64,000 bases of DNA from Barthelona sp. PCE (GCA_040285745.1 JAUFOR010000002.1:1178001-1242000), one strand, 5' to 3'. Shown: positions 21,284 through 32,046, counted from the stretch's first letter. Notes: generated by a model not told the origin, from the sequence alone. Program-made: numbers and translations.

Positions 21284-21916
21284 TTAGAGCATATCTTCCT
21301 TAATGAAGCGGTTTCCTTCTGAACTTTCATTGTTGTAGTAATATCTCAATCGGCCAAAGCGGGTCTTGCTATTGGATTCCGTTTCTGTTTCAGCTGTAGC
21401 TGCGATAACCTTTCGTTGTGAAGGAACAGCCGCAGATGTTGTTTGTGTGACTTTGGCAGCAGTCTCGTAATAAGCAGCATCCCTGCGCTCGTCTTCAGTG
21501 ATCTCTTGACAGTCTAACACCTTTAAATTGGGGAATTTTCCTGCACAAAACTTCCTAAAACGAACATACCTTAATCTGGCATCCTGATCAGAAACAGGTG
21601 CAAGAAAGTCATTGCAGGGGTTGAAAAGAAGAGATAGATACTCCAACTGCGGTGCTTTTAATGCCAAATCCTCAATAAATTCAACATTCTCAAGATAATT
21701 CTTATTCAAACTGAGAGTCTTTAAATGAGGCAAAATATGTGGTAGTTCCAAGTCTGTGAGCCCATTCTCATCAAGAGTAAGCGTCTCTAGATTTTCAAAC
21801 TGAAGAGATTCCAAATTTGACAGTTGGTTACCTGTTAAATCCAAGCTGATCACGCTTAGCGGATCTGTTATCTCAGGTACATTCCCCAATGCTTGCCCTA
21901 TGAACTGATGAGTCAT
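21284..21916 (-). CDS. Leucine-rich repeat protein, LRMDA/C10orf11-like
   Basis: LRRs, NPC LRR-cap, LKVLD and a C-terminal Y...SEGNRFI signature. Start at 21916 assumed (ORF open to 22030). Confidence 0.85.
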   Translation of the reverse strand: MTHQFIGQALGNVPEITDPLSVISLDLTGNQLSNLESLQFENLETLTLDENGLTDLELPHILPHLKTLSLNKNYLENVEFIEDLALKAPQLEYLSLLFNPCNDFLAPVSDQDARLRYVRFRKFCAGKFPNLKVLDCQEITEDERRDAAYYETAAKVTQTTSAAVPSQRKVIAATAETETESNSKTRFGRLRYYYNNESSEGNRFIKEDML

Positions 21917-22144
21917 GAGTTGTGTGTTGAAAAGGGTGTTTTTTTTGTATTTGTTTGTAGCATCCTTTTGCCAAACAGTCCAACTGTTTGTGATCATCAA
22001 GTTTGGTAGGGGCGTCGATTTACTGTACATTTCAGCGTTTTTTGGCTTACTATGTACAATTTATTTTGTTATTGGATTTATTTTAGGTAAAGGGCTTCTT
22101 TAAAAATGTTTCTCAATCCAAACCTTTGTAGACAGCAATGATAA

Positions 22145-22272
22145 TCATACAACCCCAAGTGAAGAATGGTGTTGAATTGTCATCCTTTTGTATCAGTGGT
22201 TAAGTAACTGGAATTAAAATTTCTTCACTGAATGTGGTTGTATTCTGTAAGTTAATTTTGGCTATTTAGCAA
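22145..22272 (+). ncRNA. Candidate U5-like Sm-class snRNA
   Basis: Nested perfect stems 22147-54/22236-43 and 22158-66/22221-29, central CCTTTT (22184-89), then an Sm-type AATTTTGG (22254-61) and a terminal mini-hairpin GCTATTTAGC. Confidence 0.4.
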
Positions 22273-22320
22273 TCATTACACTGTAAGGCAGATTCCCAAA
22301 ATTATACTGAAGTAGGTTTA

Positions 22321-22537
22321 CTGACGTCGGGGAACGCTCACACGGGAAGGATCGCCTTCAGGTTTGGAGTGTGTTTCGTCCAGGAATTGGATTAATACCC
22401 TTTTTTTAAAAAGGGGAAAAATTAAATATGTCGGGTTCCAGGAACACCATCCACACAAGAAGGTTCACTTCGCCCCCCTCCGTGGTTTATTACCCCAAGT
22501 AAAGTCTGAAGGCTAGTGCCTATGTCTCCGATATTGG
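22321..22537 (+). ncRNA. Candidate structured ncRNA of unknown class
   Basis: GC-richer non-coding block with long-range nested pairings TCGGGGA/TCTCCGA and GCCTTCAGGTTT/AAGTCTGAAGGC, plus internal hairpins. Confidence 0.4.
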
Positions 22538-22805
22538 AAAATGAGTTTTCAGCACAAATAAAGATAATTGTACCGTAAGATAGCATCTATGACACGAAGG
22601 ATTGTAATGACGACACGCAAAGTTACAATTGCAAAGGTCCAAAAAAGTGGACCCAAAGATGGTGTTGAAAAAGCGGTTCTTATGCTTTTGCCGGACCGAA
22701 ATTTGGATTAAAAATCGACAGTTAGTTAAAATTTACTCTCCAACCCTCTTCTAATATGCTTTTTGCAATATATCTTTTTCTTCAACTTTTTTTTGTGTCT
22801 CAATC

Positions 22806-25442
22806 ATGTCAGTTGTACATTATTGGGAAGGTAAAGCCAAAATGTACGCTAAAGCTGTTTGGAAGCATCCTTTCATTTTTGCTTTTGTTGGTATCGTGTT
22901 AGGTGTGTTTTTATCTTTGAATTTTGCAAACATAGAGAGCAATAACGAAATGTCAAGCATGCTTCCTGAAGGCGTTGCGACAATTACTATGTTGCAAGAT
23001 AGCAACTCCTTATTTGCTGCAGGAGGATCTCTTGCTTTCTTAGTTTCTGTTTGGGACGATAACAATAACGTCATCACCAAGGATTATCTTCTTGCAGTTT
23101 GGGATCTTTTGGAGGATGTCAAGTGGTCTAATCACACAACTGATTACTGCATGCTTGTCTCTGGTTCCACAGATATTTGTCTCGAACCAGGACCCTTAAT
23201 GCTTTGGGACAATCGCACCGAGCTTGCTAATGATCCAGATGTTCTTGCAACAATTAATGCTCGCGAAGGTTCTGCTACGAAATTGGGAATTGTTTTTGCG
23301 AGAGAAGATTATTTTGGAGAAATAGTTGAATCAGGCGGAGATATTGTTTCAGCACACGGCTTCATAATTAATGTTGTATTAAAGAAGACCAGTAGTTCAT
23401 ATGATTACATTGATGTTATGTATGACAGTTTTTCAAAACATAATTTTGCAGGGACTGTATTATCTGATGCTAGAAAAGGAGCCTTATCGATGACCGTTTT
23501 CCAAGATGAAATGAACAAAGAATTGGAATCGAGCGGTTCACTGATGGCTGGTGGTTTTGTGATTATGATTATCTTTTTGTTTATCGTTAACGGTGGTTAT
23601 AATTGGGTTACTTCTCGTCACTTGCTCACAATTGCTGGTATCTCAATCATTGGGCTTTCTATTCTCAGTGGTTATGGTGCTGCAGCCTATTTTGGTGCAT
23701 ACAGTAATCCTCTTTCAGTAGCAGCAGCGCTTCTTGTTCTTGGTCTTTCTGCAGACGCAATTCTTCTCGAAAATGCTGCCGCAGAAGCCGCTCACCGTAG
23801 ATATGGTTTTGGAACAGAAGCTGGATTCGTAGATATGATTTCGCACGCACTTCCTCCTATTATTATGACTAATATCTCAGATGCTTGTGCATTTGCCGTT
23901 GGTCTCTCGAGTAATATTCTCAACATTCGCGACTTTAGTATTTTAGCGTCATCGTGCTCTATATTGTGTCTCCTCTTCCATTCTTTGATTTATGTACCTT
24001 TATTATCATTGGATGAGCGCAGAATAGGTGCAGGTCGCAACTCTTTGATGCCATGCATTCGTCACGACATTACCGAGCTTGAAAAGAAGCTTATGGTTGA
24101 TGTTACTAAGAGTGTTACTCTTGACGAAAATGTTTCATCAGATTCGGATAAAGTCAAGGAAGAAATTGCAATGCCATTGAAGAAACAAGGATTTTGGTAC
24201 AATTATAGCCGTTTTATTTCACATCCATTTGTACGAATCCTTATTTGGCTGGTATTCTTCGGTGGGTGTGCGTATGGTGTCTATCATGCCAATAGTCTCA
24301 GTACAGATCTACCTGAGTATGAGCTGTTACCACAGAATTCTCCCACACGTCACTTTATGTTTGATATGGACAAGTTCGCATCAGGTCTTGAGCCCAGTAT
24401 AGTTTGTGTTAATTGTCGATATTATGATAAAGATATACAGGCGCAGTTCAATACAATCATTAACGCATTCAATTCGTCGTCTGCTTGCAAGATTGAATCG
24501 ATAGGATCACAGTTATTCAAGTCCCTTGCTGCCTCTTTGGCTATCAATCCTTCGTTAGCCACGTGTATGGACGGTTCAATGTTTCCTCTGAACCAGACGT
24601 GTATGGATTTGGTTCTTGGTACAATTTTGTCAGTTGAACTGTATGAGCAGGCTTTCGGTTCTTCCATTGCCCTTGGTACGGCTGGAGATTTTTCCACCAT
24701 GAAGGCCTTCCGTGTTACAATCAGTTCGGAGGATTTCGAAGGAGATGAGGCAGGTAACGATCTACTTAGTGCGTTTATGGAAGTATTTGAAGGTGAAACT
24801 GTGCAGAATGCTCTTGATGTCATTAAACAGTCTCCATTGGACTCTACAAAGGAGGTTAAACTGCTCCTCGCTGATAGCATGGCTCCATATCTGGAACAAG
24901 CCGCTACAACAATCCCAACAGCCTTAACAAGTGTAGGATATGGTTTAGGCATTATTTTCTTGGTGTCTACACTGTTCTTAGGTCATCCCATTCTTTGCGC
25001 TTTACTTGTTTTCCTTATTCTTGTGTTAGATGGTAATATAGTTGCTATTATGATTATTCGTGGTCAAAATTTCACTACTGTAACTAGCATTTGTGTTTTA
25101 GTTTCATGTGGTGTGGCAATTGATTTATCTGCACATGTTTTGCATTTATTTATGGCTAAAAGACAGCAATATTCATCAACAAAGGATGTGTTGCAATCAT
25201 GTTTCACAAGATTAGGTGCAGCTGTTATTAACAGTGCGTTTACAACCTGGTTGGGTATTAGTTTATGTTTGTTTGGCAATTTCTTATTCCTTTCTTTCTT
25301 CTGGTCAATGACATACATTGTTGGTGGAGGTTTATTAGTTGCTATGGTTATCTTACCTACTTTTCTTTCATTATTCCCAGATGCCAAATATGATATGACA
25401 AAGAAAGTTGAGCTAGAACCTGCAAGACAAATTGTTGTTTAA
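22806..25442 (+). CDS. Patched/NPC1-family RND membrane protein with sterol-sensing domain
   Basis: 1+5+1+5 TM layout with two large loops; LGLSADAILL, GVAIDLSAH, LSLDERR, ELLPQNSP. Confidence 0.88.
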   Translation: MSVVHYWEGKAKMYAKAVWKHPFIFAFVGIVLGVFLSLNFANIESNNEMSSMLPEGVATITMLQDSNSLFAAGGSLAFLVSVWDDNNNVITKDYLLAVWDLLEDVKWSNHTTDYCMLVSGSTDICLEPGPLMLWDNRTELANDPDVLATINAREGSATKLGIVFAREDYFGEIVESGGDIVSAHGFIINVVLKKTSSSYDYIDVMYDSFSKHNFAGTVLSDARKGALSMTVFQDEMNKELESSGSLMAGGFVIMIIFLFIVNGGYNWVTSRHLLTIAGISIIGLSILSGYGAAAYFGAYSNPLSVAAALLVLGLSADAILLENAAAEAAHRRYGFGTEAGFVDMISHALPPIIMTNISDACAFAVGLSSNILNIRDFSILASSCSILCLLFHSLIYVPLLSLDERRIGAGRNSLMPCIRHDITELEKKLMVDVTKSVTLDENVSSDSDKVKEEIAMPLKKQGFWYNYSRFISHPFVRILIWLVFFGGCAYGVYHANSLSTDLPEYELLPQNSPTRHFMFDMDKFASGLEPSIVCVNCRYYDKDIQAQFNTIINAFNSSSACKIESIGSQLFKSLAASLAINPSLATCMDGSMFPLNQTCMDLVLGTILSVELYEQAFGSSIALGTAGDFSTMKAFRVTISSEDFEGDEAGNDLLSAFMEVFEGETVQNALDVIKQSPLDSTKEVKLLLADSMAPYLEQAATTIPTALTSVGYGLGIIFLVSTLFLGHPILCALLVFLILVLDGNIVAIMIIRGQNFTTVTSICVLVSCGVAIDLSAHVLHLFMAKRQQYSSTKDVLQSCFTRLGAAVINSAFTTWLGISLCLFGNFLFLSFFWSMTYIVGGGLLVAMVILPTFLSLFPDAKYDMTKKVELEPARQIVV

Positions 25443-25472
25443 AAAATAAATATTATCTTTTGTATAAATCAA

Positions 25473-26114
25473 TTAGAGCTTTACAGAAAACAGATGAGTG
25501 TGGCCATTTTCAAAAACATCTATACTATGTACTTCTTCCCATTCACCAGTATCATTATTGTGATAAAACTTTGGTTTTAGATTGATAAAATCTTTGAAAT
25601 AGACACTCATAAATGAAGAAACGAAAGTTTCAAATTGATCACAATAAACTGTGATAGTTTCAAAACTCGTTAACTTTGGATACTGTTTTGTGGGCATTAG
25701 TGTACAATAAGATGATTTCTTCCTTAAAAGAAAATGAAAAGAGTCGTTAGATAAAGTTTTTATCTTTCGATTATGAATATCTGTAATTGTTGAACCTTTT
25801 TCCCTTTTATCGTCGTTTTCGTGTTGCAAATGGTACAGTCCTGGTAAGGATTTGACAGAATCAGGGATAATATCGTTTTGTGTAGTCTGTTTTAATTCTT
25901 CTCTCAAAAGAGGCGGTGCGGGAATGTCCATATCCCTTAAATCAAAGATAGCTTTCTGAAAGGGATCTTCAGACACCTTAGGAGGCCCCACATTACTTAA
26001 ATCAGGATAAAATCCGCTGGGAAAGAAGAATGATGCAACTGGAGGTGCTTCGATCGGAGGCGGGATGAATTCCACGTCGGGAAGCATGATAGGTGAATTA
26101 TCGTCCACGTCCAT
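25473..26114 (-). CDS. Hypothetical protein, Pro-rich N-terminus
   Basis: ORF of about 213 aa from the ATG at 26114; no family recognised. Confidence 0.55.
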   Translation of the reverse strand: MDVDDNSPIMLPDVEFIPPPIEAPPVASFFFPSGFYPDLSNVGPPKVSEDPFQKAIFDLRDMDIPAPPLLREELKQTTQNDIIPDSVKSLPGLYHLQHENDDKREKGSTITDIHNRKIKTLSNDSFHFLLRKKSSYCTLMPTKQYPKLTSFETITVYCDQFETFVSSFMSVYFKDFINLKPKFYHNNDTGEWEEVHSIDVFENGHTHLFSVKL

Positions 26115-26178
26115 TATGAAATGGATAATAAATATGTCTACGCTTTTAAAACCCATTTTCTACAATCATGATTTGATT

Positions 26179-26595
26179 ATGGACTTTAAAAAAGCATTAA
26201 ACAAACCCCATGCTGATTTATCAACACTCATGGGCAAACTTACACCTCCACAAGAATTTTTTGAGGTATTAGAGAACGAAAACAGGATTAAAAAGAAGGC
26301 TCTAGATGATGAAATAGAAGTTATATTGCTTCCAAAGGGTAAAAAAAGTATTCCTGCATACCTGATTGATGATTCTGAAGAAGATATTTTTTCTGACATT
26401 TCAGAGTCTGATTCAGAAGCTGAGAATGACATTCCTCTTGCAGAGGGCGTTACTCTTGTTCCACTTCAGCCATTTTCGGATACTCTGTCAGGTATCACAA
26501 TGGATGTTCCCTTAAAAGAGCGTAATTTGGGAGGGAGGGATCCAGGCAAAGTTTTGAATCCTGAATTTTCCGGTAATCTTACTGTTTTTGCCTAA
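26179..26595 (+). CDS. Hypothetical acidic protein
   Basis: ATG at 26179 avoids overlap with the divergent neighbour. Confidence 0.5.
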   Translation: MDFKKALNKPHADLSTLMGKLTPPQEFFEVLENENRIKKKALDDEIEVILLPKGKKSIPAYLIDDSEEDIFSDISESDSEAENDIPLAEGVTLVPLQPFSDTLSGITMDVPLKERNLGGRDPGKVLNPEFSGNLTVFA

Positions 26596-26744
26596 ATGAA
26601 CAGATTCCCGTTTTTTTTTTATATGTTTTGATTTTTTGATTTTTGATCCCATTTTATGGACGGAATATAGGCATGCCCAACATAAACATCATCCAATAAA
26701 AATAATGAGCTGCTTTTAGCATTATCCTCTTTCTTTATAGTGAG

Positions 26745-28799
26745 ATGACTGATAAGATAGATAGTCTCATTGAGGGCATTTTGAATAAGCACAAGAACCT
26801 AGCAATGACGGTGGAAGACCTACCGCGTGGCGAAGAGCGACAACTCGCTTTAAGTTACGACGTTTATGAACAATTCAGTGAATCTACAAGCGCACGGCTA
26901 TTAAACGTTGTCAACCAGATGAAACGACTTGCATCAAGTGGTTTTGAGGATGGTGAACAATTGAATAATACTTTCAGTGATTTTGACAGTGTTTTAGATG
27001 ATTTTCCTCAGTTAAGCGAGTTTTTAGACGATATATACACTCGTATCGATTCATATTTGTACGAAAACGTAACACACAAAAAGAATGAAAGTTTTGAGAA
27101 CAGTGTTGTTCGTGAAGCACAAAGAACCAAGCCTCAGATGGCATACGGTTTCCACATCGACAACTCGCTTGAACCCTGGAGTCATAAGCTCACGGAGAAG
27201 CCTAACGCTATGGTGTCACTTGAAGAGAGTGATAACAATCATCCTTACCTCAAAGAAATTGAGAGTTTTTCTGCCCCTGAAGATTGGTTCAAGCAGAAGC
27301 CCGTGCCCCCGCTGCCAGCACTCCATGAAACACGTTTTGTATGGGTGAGCACACCTGAACAGCTCACTGATTTGATTAATGTACTCAATTCAGTGGAAGT
27401 GTTTGCTTTAGATCTGGAACACCACTCATACCGTACGTATTACGGCATCACATGTTTGTTGCAGATATCAACGATGGATACAGACTTTATTATTGACACA
27501 CTGTCACTCTGGCATCACATGCAAATGTTTTTAGACCCCTTTACCAACCCGAAGATCTTAAAGATTGTGCATGGTTGTAACAACGATATTCTCTGGCTGC
27601 AGCGTGACTTCTCCCTTTATCTTGTTGGTGTTTTTGATACAGGTCAGGCAGCACGTGTCTTGGGGTTGAACAGCTTCTCACTTTCATTTTTGCTAAAGTT
27701 ACACCACAATGTTATCACTGACAAGCGTTTCCAGATGGCGGACTGGCGTCGTCGCCCCTTAACGGAAGAGCTGGTCAAGTATGCAAGGACTGATACTCAT
27801 TATTTAATTAATTCTTTCTTCAAACTGCGATTATCTCTCACGGAGAACCAAATGCAGCGTATATTCATGCTAAGTCAGCAGGTATGCGGTATTCCGTATG
27901 TTAAGGCAGAGTTTAACACAAAAGATTATCAGCGAATGTTTAAGCCATCCGTTCTTCGTACTTTGGATCGCAGACAACACGCCCTGGCTGAGAAGCTATA
28001 CGAGTGGAGAGATTCTATCGCGAGGGACTGTGACGAATCGCCTGATTATGTCATCCCAGCGCGTTCATTCCGAACACTGACGTTGGAACACAAGATCACT
28101 TCTATTGACAACATGTTCCGTGTTTGTGAACCAGTCCCTCCCCTTGTTCGAATCTATGCAGAGGAGCTTTTTTCTGTAATTACGAATTATGACCAACGTG
28201 CCTCAATCACATCCAGTATTTCCAGTGTAAGCAGCTTTGAAACGTATATTCCTACATCAGAGACTGTCGAGTCACTGAATAAGAAGCGTGCTATTAGCGT
28301 AATGGAAGGCGTTAAGATTCACAACGCATTGAATTTGGAAATCATTGACACAAGTCAGGAATTAAAACAATTTTACGATGAACATGGAACGAGATTAAGC
28401 ACGAGCACTTTACTAACATCAGCAGAAGGAGGACCAACTACTCAGAGTATCCACCAAGAGCTAGGGGAAGTTTACGACATGGCGATAAGCACAATGCCAT
28501 TGGCTTATTCAAAAGAAGTCATGGCAAGATTGGAGCGTCTAGGAAATCGATTAATTGCAGTAGATAATGAGAAACCAAAAAATAACAGTATAACGGACGA
28601 ATTGGTTAACAAACATTTACCTAAAGCAATTGATGATGTTTTTAGAAATGCTAGAAGTACAAACTCAACATCTAATACTGTTAAAACGATCCGAAAATCT
28701 GTTGTTAAACAGAATAATACGATAAAAAATACACAACGTACACGGAAAAAAAAGGTGCCTCAGTATAGAGATAGTATTAAAGTGAGAAGAAATAAATAA
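26745..28799 (+). CDS. RRP6: Exosome exonuclease Rrp6/EXOSC10
   Basis: ALDLEHHSYRTYYGITCLLQIST, DILWLQRDF, ADWRRRPL, YARTDTHYL and HRDC (WRDSIARDCDESPDYV). Confidence 0.97.
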   Translation: MTDKIDSLIEGILNKHKNLAMTVEDLPRGEERQLALSYDVYEQFSESTSARLLNVVNQMKRLASSGFEDGEQLNNTFSDFDSVLDDFPQLSEFLDDIYTRIDSYLYENVTHKKNESFENSVVREAQRTKPQMAYGFHIDNSLEPWSHKLTEKPNAMVSLEESDNNHPYLKEIESFSAPEDWFKQKPVPPLPALHETRFVWVSTPEQLTDLINVLNSVEVFALDLEHHSYRTYYGITCLLQISTMDTDFIIDTLSLWHHMQMFLDPFTNPKILKIVHGCNNDILWLQRDFSLYLVGVFDTGQAARVLGLNSFSLSFLLKLHHNVITDKRFQMADWRRRPLTEELVKYARTDTHYLINSFFKLRLSLTENQMQRIFMLSQQVCGIPYVKAEFNTKDYQRMFKPSVLRTLDRRQHALAEKLYEWRDSIARDCDESPDYVIPARSFRTLTLEHKITSIDNMFRVCEPVPPLVRIYAEELFSVITNYDQRASITSSISSVSSFETYIPTSETVESLNKKRAISVMEGVKIHNALNLEIIDTSQELKQFYDEHGTRLSTSTLLTSAEGGPTTQSIHQELGEVYDMAISTMPLAYSKEVMARLERLGNRLIAVDNEKPKNNSITDELVNKHLPKAIDDVFRNARSTNSTSNTVKTIRKSVVKQNNTIKNTQRTRKKKVPQYRDSIKVRRNK

Positions 28800-28801
28800 A
28801 A

Positions 28802-30223
28802 TTAAAGTAATAAATTGTGATTGCGAAAAACGCTAATGATTGTGTCTAATAAATCTTTGGGATATGATTCTGATTGACTAATTGAGTTTTTGATACATAC
28901 CTTACCGTGATTGATTGAGACTGAGAAAGTATCATTGATAAGTAAATGATCTTCTTCCTTTATCACATTAGCGATATGCGGGGATGAGTTCAGTATTGAT
29001 TGTACAAAATCTAATGAAGGGGTGACGGGCAATACTACAGCTTCGCTTGTTTTAGTTGATAGTTGGGAGTTGAAACGACCATTGATATATTTAGAACTAC
29101 TGTTCAGTCTAGTATACAATACAGCATTGTCATCATCACCTAAAACTAGCATTTTGGAGTCATTAAGTAAAACATTTTGGGTACGTACAGGAACCAATTC
29201 TTCATTAAATACAATATCACCAATAACTTCCTTAACATCATCACAATGAAGAACACGTTTAAAGTCTGTTGGCGCATAAGAGGTACCGTTTATACCAAAA
29301 TTCTGGAATTTTAAATCTTTAGCAATGTGGCCATCATTAGTATACACTTCCAATCCCAAATCAAGACAATACTTCTTATACGTACCACGTGTCATTAGTA
29401 AAAGACCTGCTGAGGGTAATATAGGGGGTTCAAATATGTGAAAACAACGAAAAGTTAATTGTTTAAAAAGTATACTTAAAATTTGTTTAAACTGAGGACA
29501 CAAATATGTTTTAAACATAAGAAGCAACAGCAATACACGGTGTAAATACTCATCAACCACTAATGTGACGCTACGATCATATCCTAAGTGAATTAATGAA
29601 CGGAGAAGGTCACTTGGATCTTCCACCAAAAAAGCTGTTCGTCTATTTAATAGATCATTTTTTGTGATCCCAACAAACAAACGGGTGTCAAATCTAACGA
29701 GCGTATTCTTGAAATAAAGAATTTGGCGTACTGGAACTGGTGGTAGTGAGGGTAGAGAAAAATGCGGATATGGGTAATCTAAAACAAGCAGTGGAATTTC
29801 AGTAAATGAGTCATTGAAGAACGTGAAACCCACGTTAGACACTGATAAACCACAAAATATGTCGCATTTAGCAATAATGCTATTGGTTAGTGCTATTTCT
29901 TCTCCAAAATTAACTCCACACAGTCTATCCCACCATAAAGGACGTATACGCTCAGGGTAGAAGGTATCAATATCATATATTTCGATAAAAAATTGAGGTA
30001 AGAATATTAAACCATTAAAGGTTGTGTTATTCATAAGTTTCTCAATGTATTTGAGCGATGATAGGGAAGTTATGAGAACTGATGATATGTTTTGACAATG
30101 TACGGAAAGTAAATCAGTCTGAAAACCTTCTTTTGAATCGCTTAGCACTAAAAACGAAAATTGATCGTCCTGGAATAGATGAGTATCATCACCAAAGCAT
30201 TTCAGTGTCGCATTCCTTATCAT
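28802..30223 (-). CDS. Divergent inactive metallo-beta-lactamase/beta-CASP-like protein (INTS9/CPSF100-like, tentative)
   Basis: 473-aa ORF; ISSVLITSLSSL...TTFNGLIF weakly resembles the INTS9 N-terminal region. Confidence 0.35.
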   Translation of the reverse strand: MIRNATLKCFGDDTHLFQDDQFSFLVLSDSKEGFQTDLLSVHCQNISSVLITSLSSLKYIEKLMNNTTFNGLIFLPQFFIEIYDIDTFYPERIRPLWWDRLCGVNFGEEIALTNSIIAKCDIFCGLSVSNVGFTFFNDSFTEIPLLVLDYPYPHFSLPSLPPVPVRQILYFKNTLVRFDTRLFVGITKNDLLNRRTAFLVEDPSDLLRSLIHLGYDRSVTLVVDEYLHRVLLLLLMFKTYLCPQFKQILSILFKQLTFRCFHIFEPPILPSAGLLLMTRGTYKKYCLDLGLEVYTNDGHIAKDLKFQNFGINGTSYAPTDFKRVLHCDDVKEVIGDIVFNEELVPVRTQNVLLNDSKMLVLGDDDNAVLYTRLNSSSKYINGRFNSQLSTKTSEAVVLPVTPSLDFVQSILNSSPHIANVIKEEDHLLINDTFSVSINHGKVCIKNSISQSESYPKDLLDTIISVFRNHNLLL

Positions 30224-30882
30224 AGGCCCAAAAAGGAGAGCAAAAAAGAATTACAATTCATATTTTTTGCACATATAGTAGTCATATTGGCACTGGTTGT
30301 TGAATTCAAAACGTATCCCGAGATTAATGAACAAATATATCCTTATGATCATCAGAAGGAAAGAATTTGAATCCGCGTAAAAGTTAGCTTTAATTAACTT
30401 TTGGTTAGTTAGATTTCTGCAACTCCTTCCAGTTGAGTTGAAGCATGCGCTTTTCAAAATAGAATCTACAGATATTTAATTTTTGCAGGTTGTCATTTAG
30501 TAGCATTGTAGCAGTTATAATGTTCAGTTTGGGAGTTTGAGATAGATATTTATCGCTGTTTAGATGTCGGTTGGTACATTCATTTATTCTAGAATTGGGA
30601 ATTTAATAATAATTGTTTATTACGTTATCTTACACAGTTTGTTTCAACATTTTCAAGGTCTTATGCACTACTCATGTCGATGAAAAGTTTGAAGTGTTGC
30701 TGAGCTTAAGTGTCAAGATTTTTGATCTTATCTTGTTACTCTGAATATAAGTAAGTAAGTAAATTTTAAACATTAAGTTTTACTTGGCTATTCTCAGAAA
30801 CACTGTATCAAACATATTTTATTATATTGTAATCATATTAGAACGTATTATTTATTTCTACTTTGTTCAAAACTTTTTTCTA

Positions 30883-32046
30883 ATGAAAAAAAAGCAGGAA
30901 ATACTGGTGCAGATGATTGTAATCTGCTTATTTACTGTTCTTGCATGTACAACATCACTTGGGGCTTCATATTCAAAGAAAAGCATTATAGACAGCAGAA
31001 CTAAGGACTTTAGCTCTTTCAAGGACATGAAATTGGGCAAAGATGAAAAGTTGGACATCGTATATATGTGGGTTAACGGTTCTGACCCTGATTTTATCAG
31101 GGAAATTCAAAAGTATCGTCCTTCATCAGAAGAGAGCAATCCACAACGGTTCCAGGACAACTACGAACTGTTCTTCTCACTTCGTAGTTTACATAAGTAT
31201 GTACCGTTTGTTAATAATATTTATATCGTCACTAACGGTCAAGTTCCATTTTGGCTGAATACCAGCGCCCCAAATATCAAGGTTGTGCCGCATAAGGACA
31301 TCTTTACCGACCCAACAGTACTACCAGTCTTTAATAGTCAGGCTATTGAAGGAAATATTCACAATATTGCAAATTTAACAGATTACTATATATTATTGAA
31401 CGATGATATGTTTTTTAGAGGAAAGAATGGTACACCATTGGGATATCATGATTTCTTCACACCAGAAGGGAAAATGAAAGTGTATTTTGAAGTGTATCCG
31501 ATTCCAAATTGGTTATATTATAGAACACATGAGAAATTTTTGAAATATACTATTGATGTTGTGAATGGTGTTGTGCCCAACCCAAGAAGAGAAGTTCCAT
31601 ATACATTGCATACACCTAGGATATATAATAAGCATTGGACAAATTTTTTCCTTTCTTTATCTCCAGAAGAACATGCAAAGGTTTCAGCCAGACGTTTCCG
31701 AAAGAAAGATAATATCGATGTGATTTTGTATCTGAGTCTAATTATGGATAGATTCAGTGAAGCATATATTCCTATTTCGGAAACAAATTACATGGATTAT
31801 GATGAAGTAGCACTTAGGAATTCTGTTGACTATGAAACAGACCTGTTTAAAATGAGGAAGACGGTTGATGAATGGCCTACTAATGGTTTTACAATTCAAG
31901 ATTACGTTGATTATGATAAACCTTTAGATACGATAATTCGTGGACGTAAAGTGATGCGAATGTTTATGAAGTTAGAGTTTTCAGAACCATCTCCTTGGGA
32001 AAATAAGGATTTTACCTTTTCTGCAGAGTTTTGGGAAGGTCAGTAA
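30883..32046 (+). CDS. Stealth-family sugar-1-phosphate transferase with N-terminal anchor
   Basis: CR1 DIVYMWVNGSDP; CR2 RFQDNYELFFSLRSL...FNSQAIE...LNDDMFF; CR3 HTP...RFR; CR4 FTIQD...PSPWE. Confidence 0.93.
   Translation: MKKKQEILVQMIVICLFTVLACTTSLGASYSKKSIIDSRTKDFSSFKDMKLGKDEKLDIVYMWVNGSDPDFIREIQKYRPSSEESNPQRFQDNYELFFSLRSLHKYVPFVNNIYIVTNGQVPFWLNTSAPNIKVVPHKDIFTDPTVLPVFNSQAIEGNIHNIANLTDYYILLNDDMFFRGKNGTPLGYHDFFTPEGKMKVYFEVYPIPNWLYYRTHEKFLKYTIDVVNGVVPNPRREVPYTLHTPRIYNKHWTNFFLSLSPEEHAKVSARRFRKKDNIDVILYLSLIMDRFSEAYIPISETNYMDYDEVALRNSVDYETDLFKMRKTVDEWPTNGFTIQDYVDYDKPLDTIIRGRKVMRMFMKLEFSEPSPWENKDFTFSAEFWEGQ

Noticed and set aside
30179-30457. Short ORFs in the 30.2-30.9 kb gap
   Set aside because: Under 70 aa, overlapping on opposite strands, no motifs.
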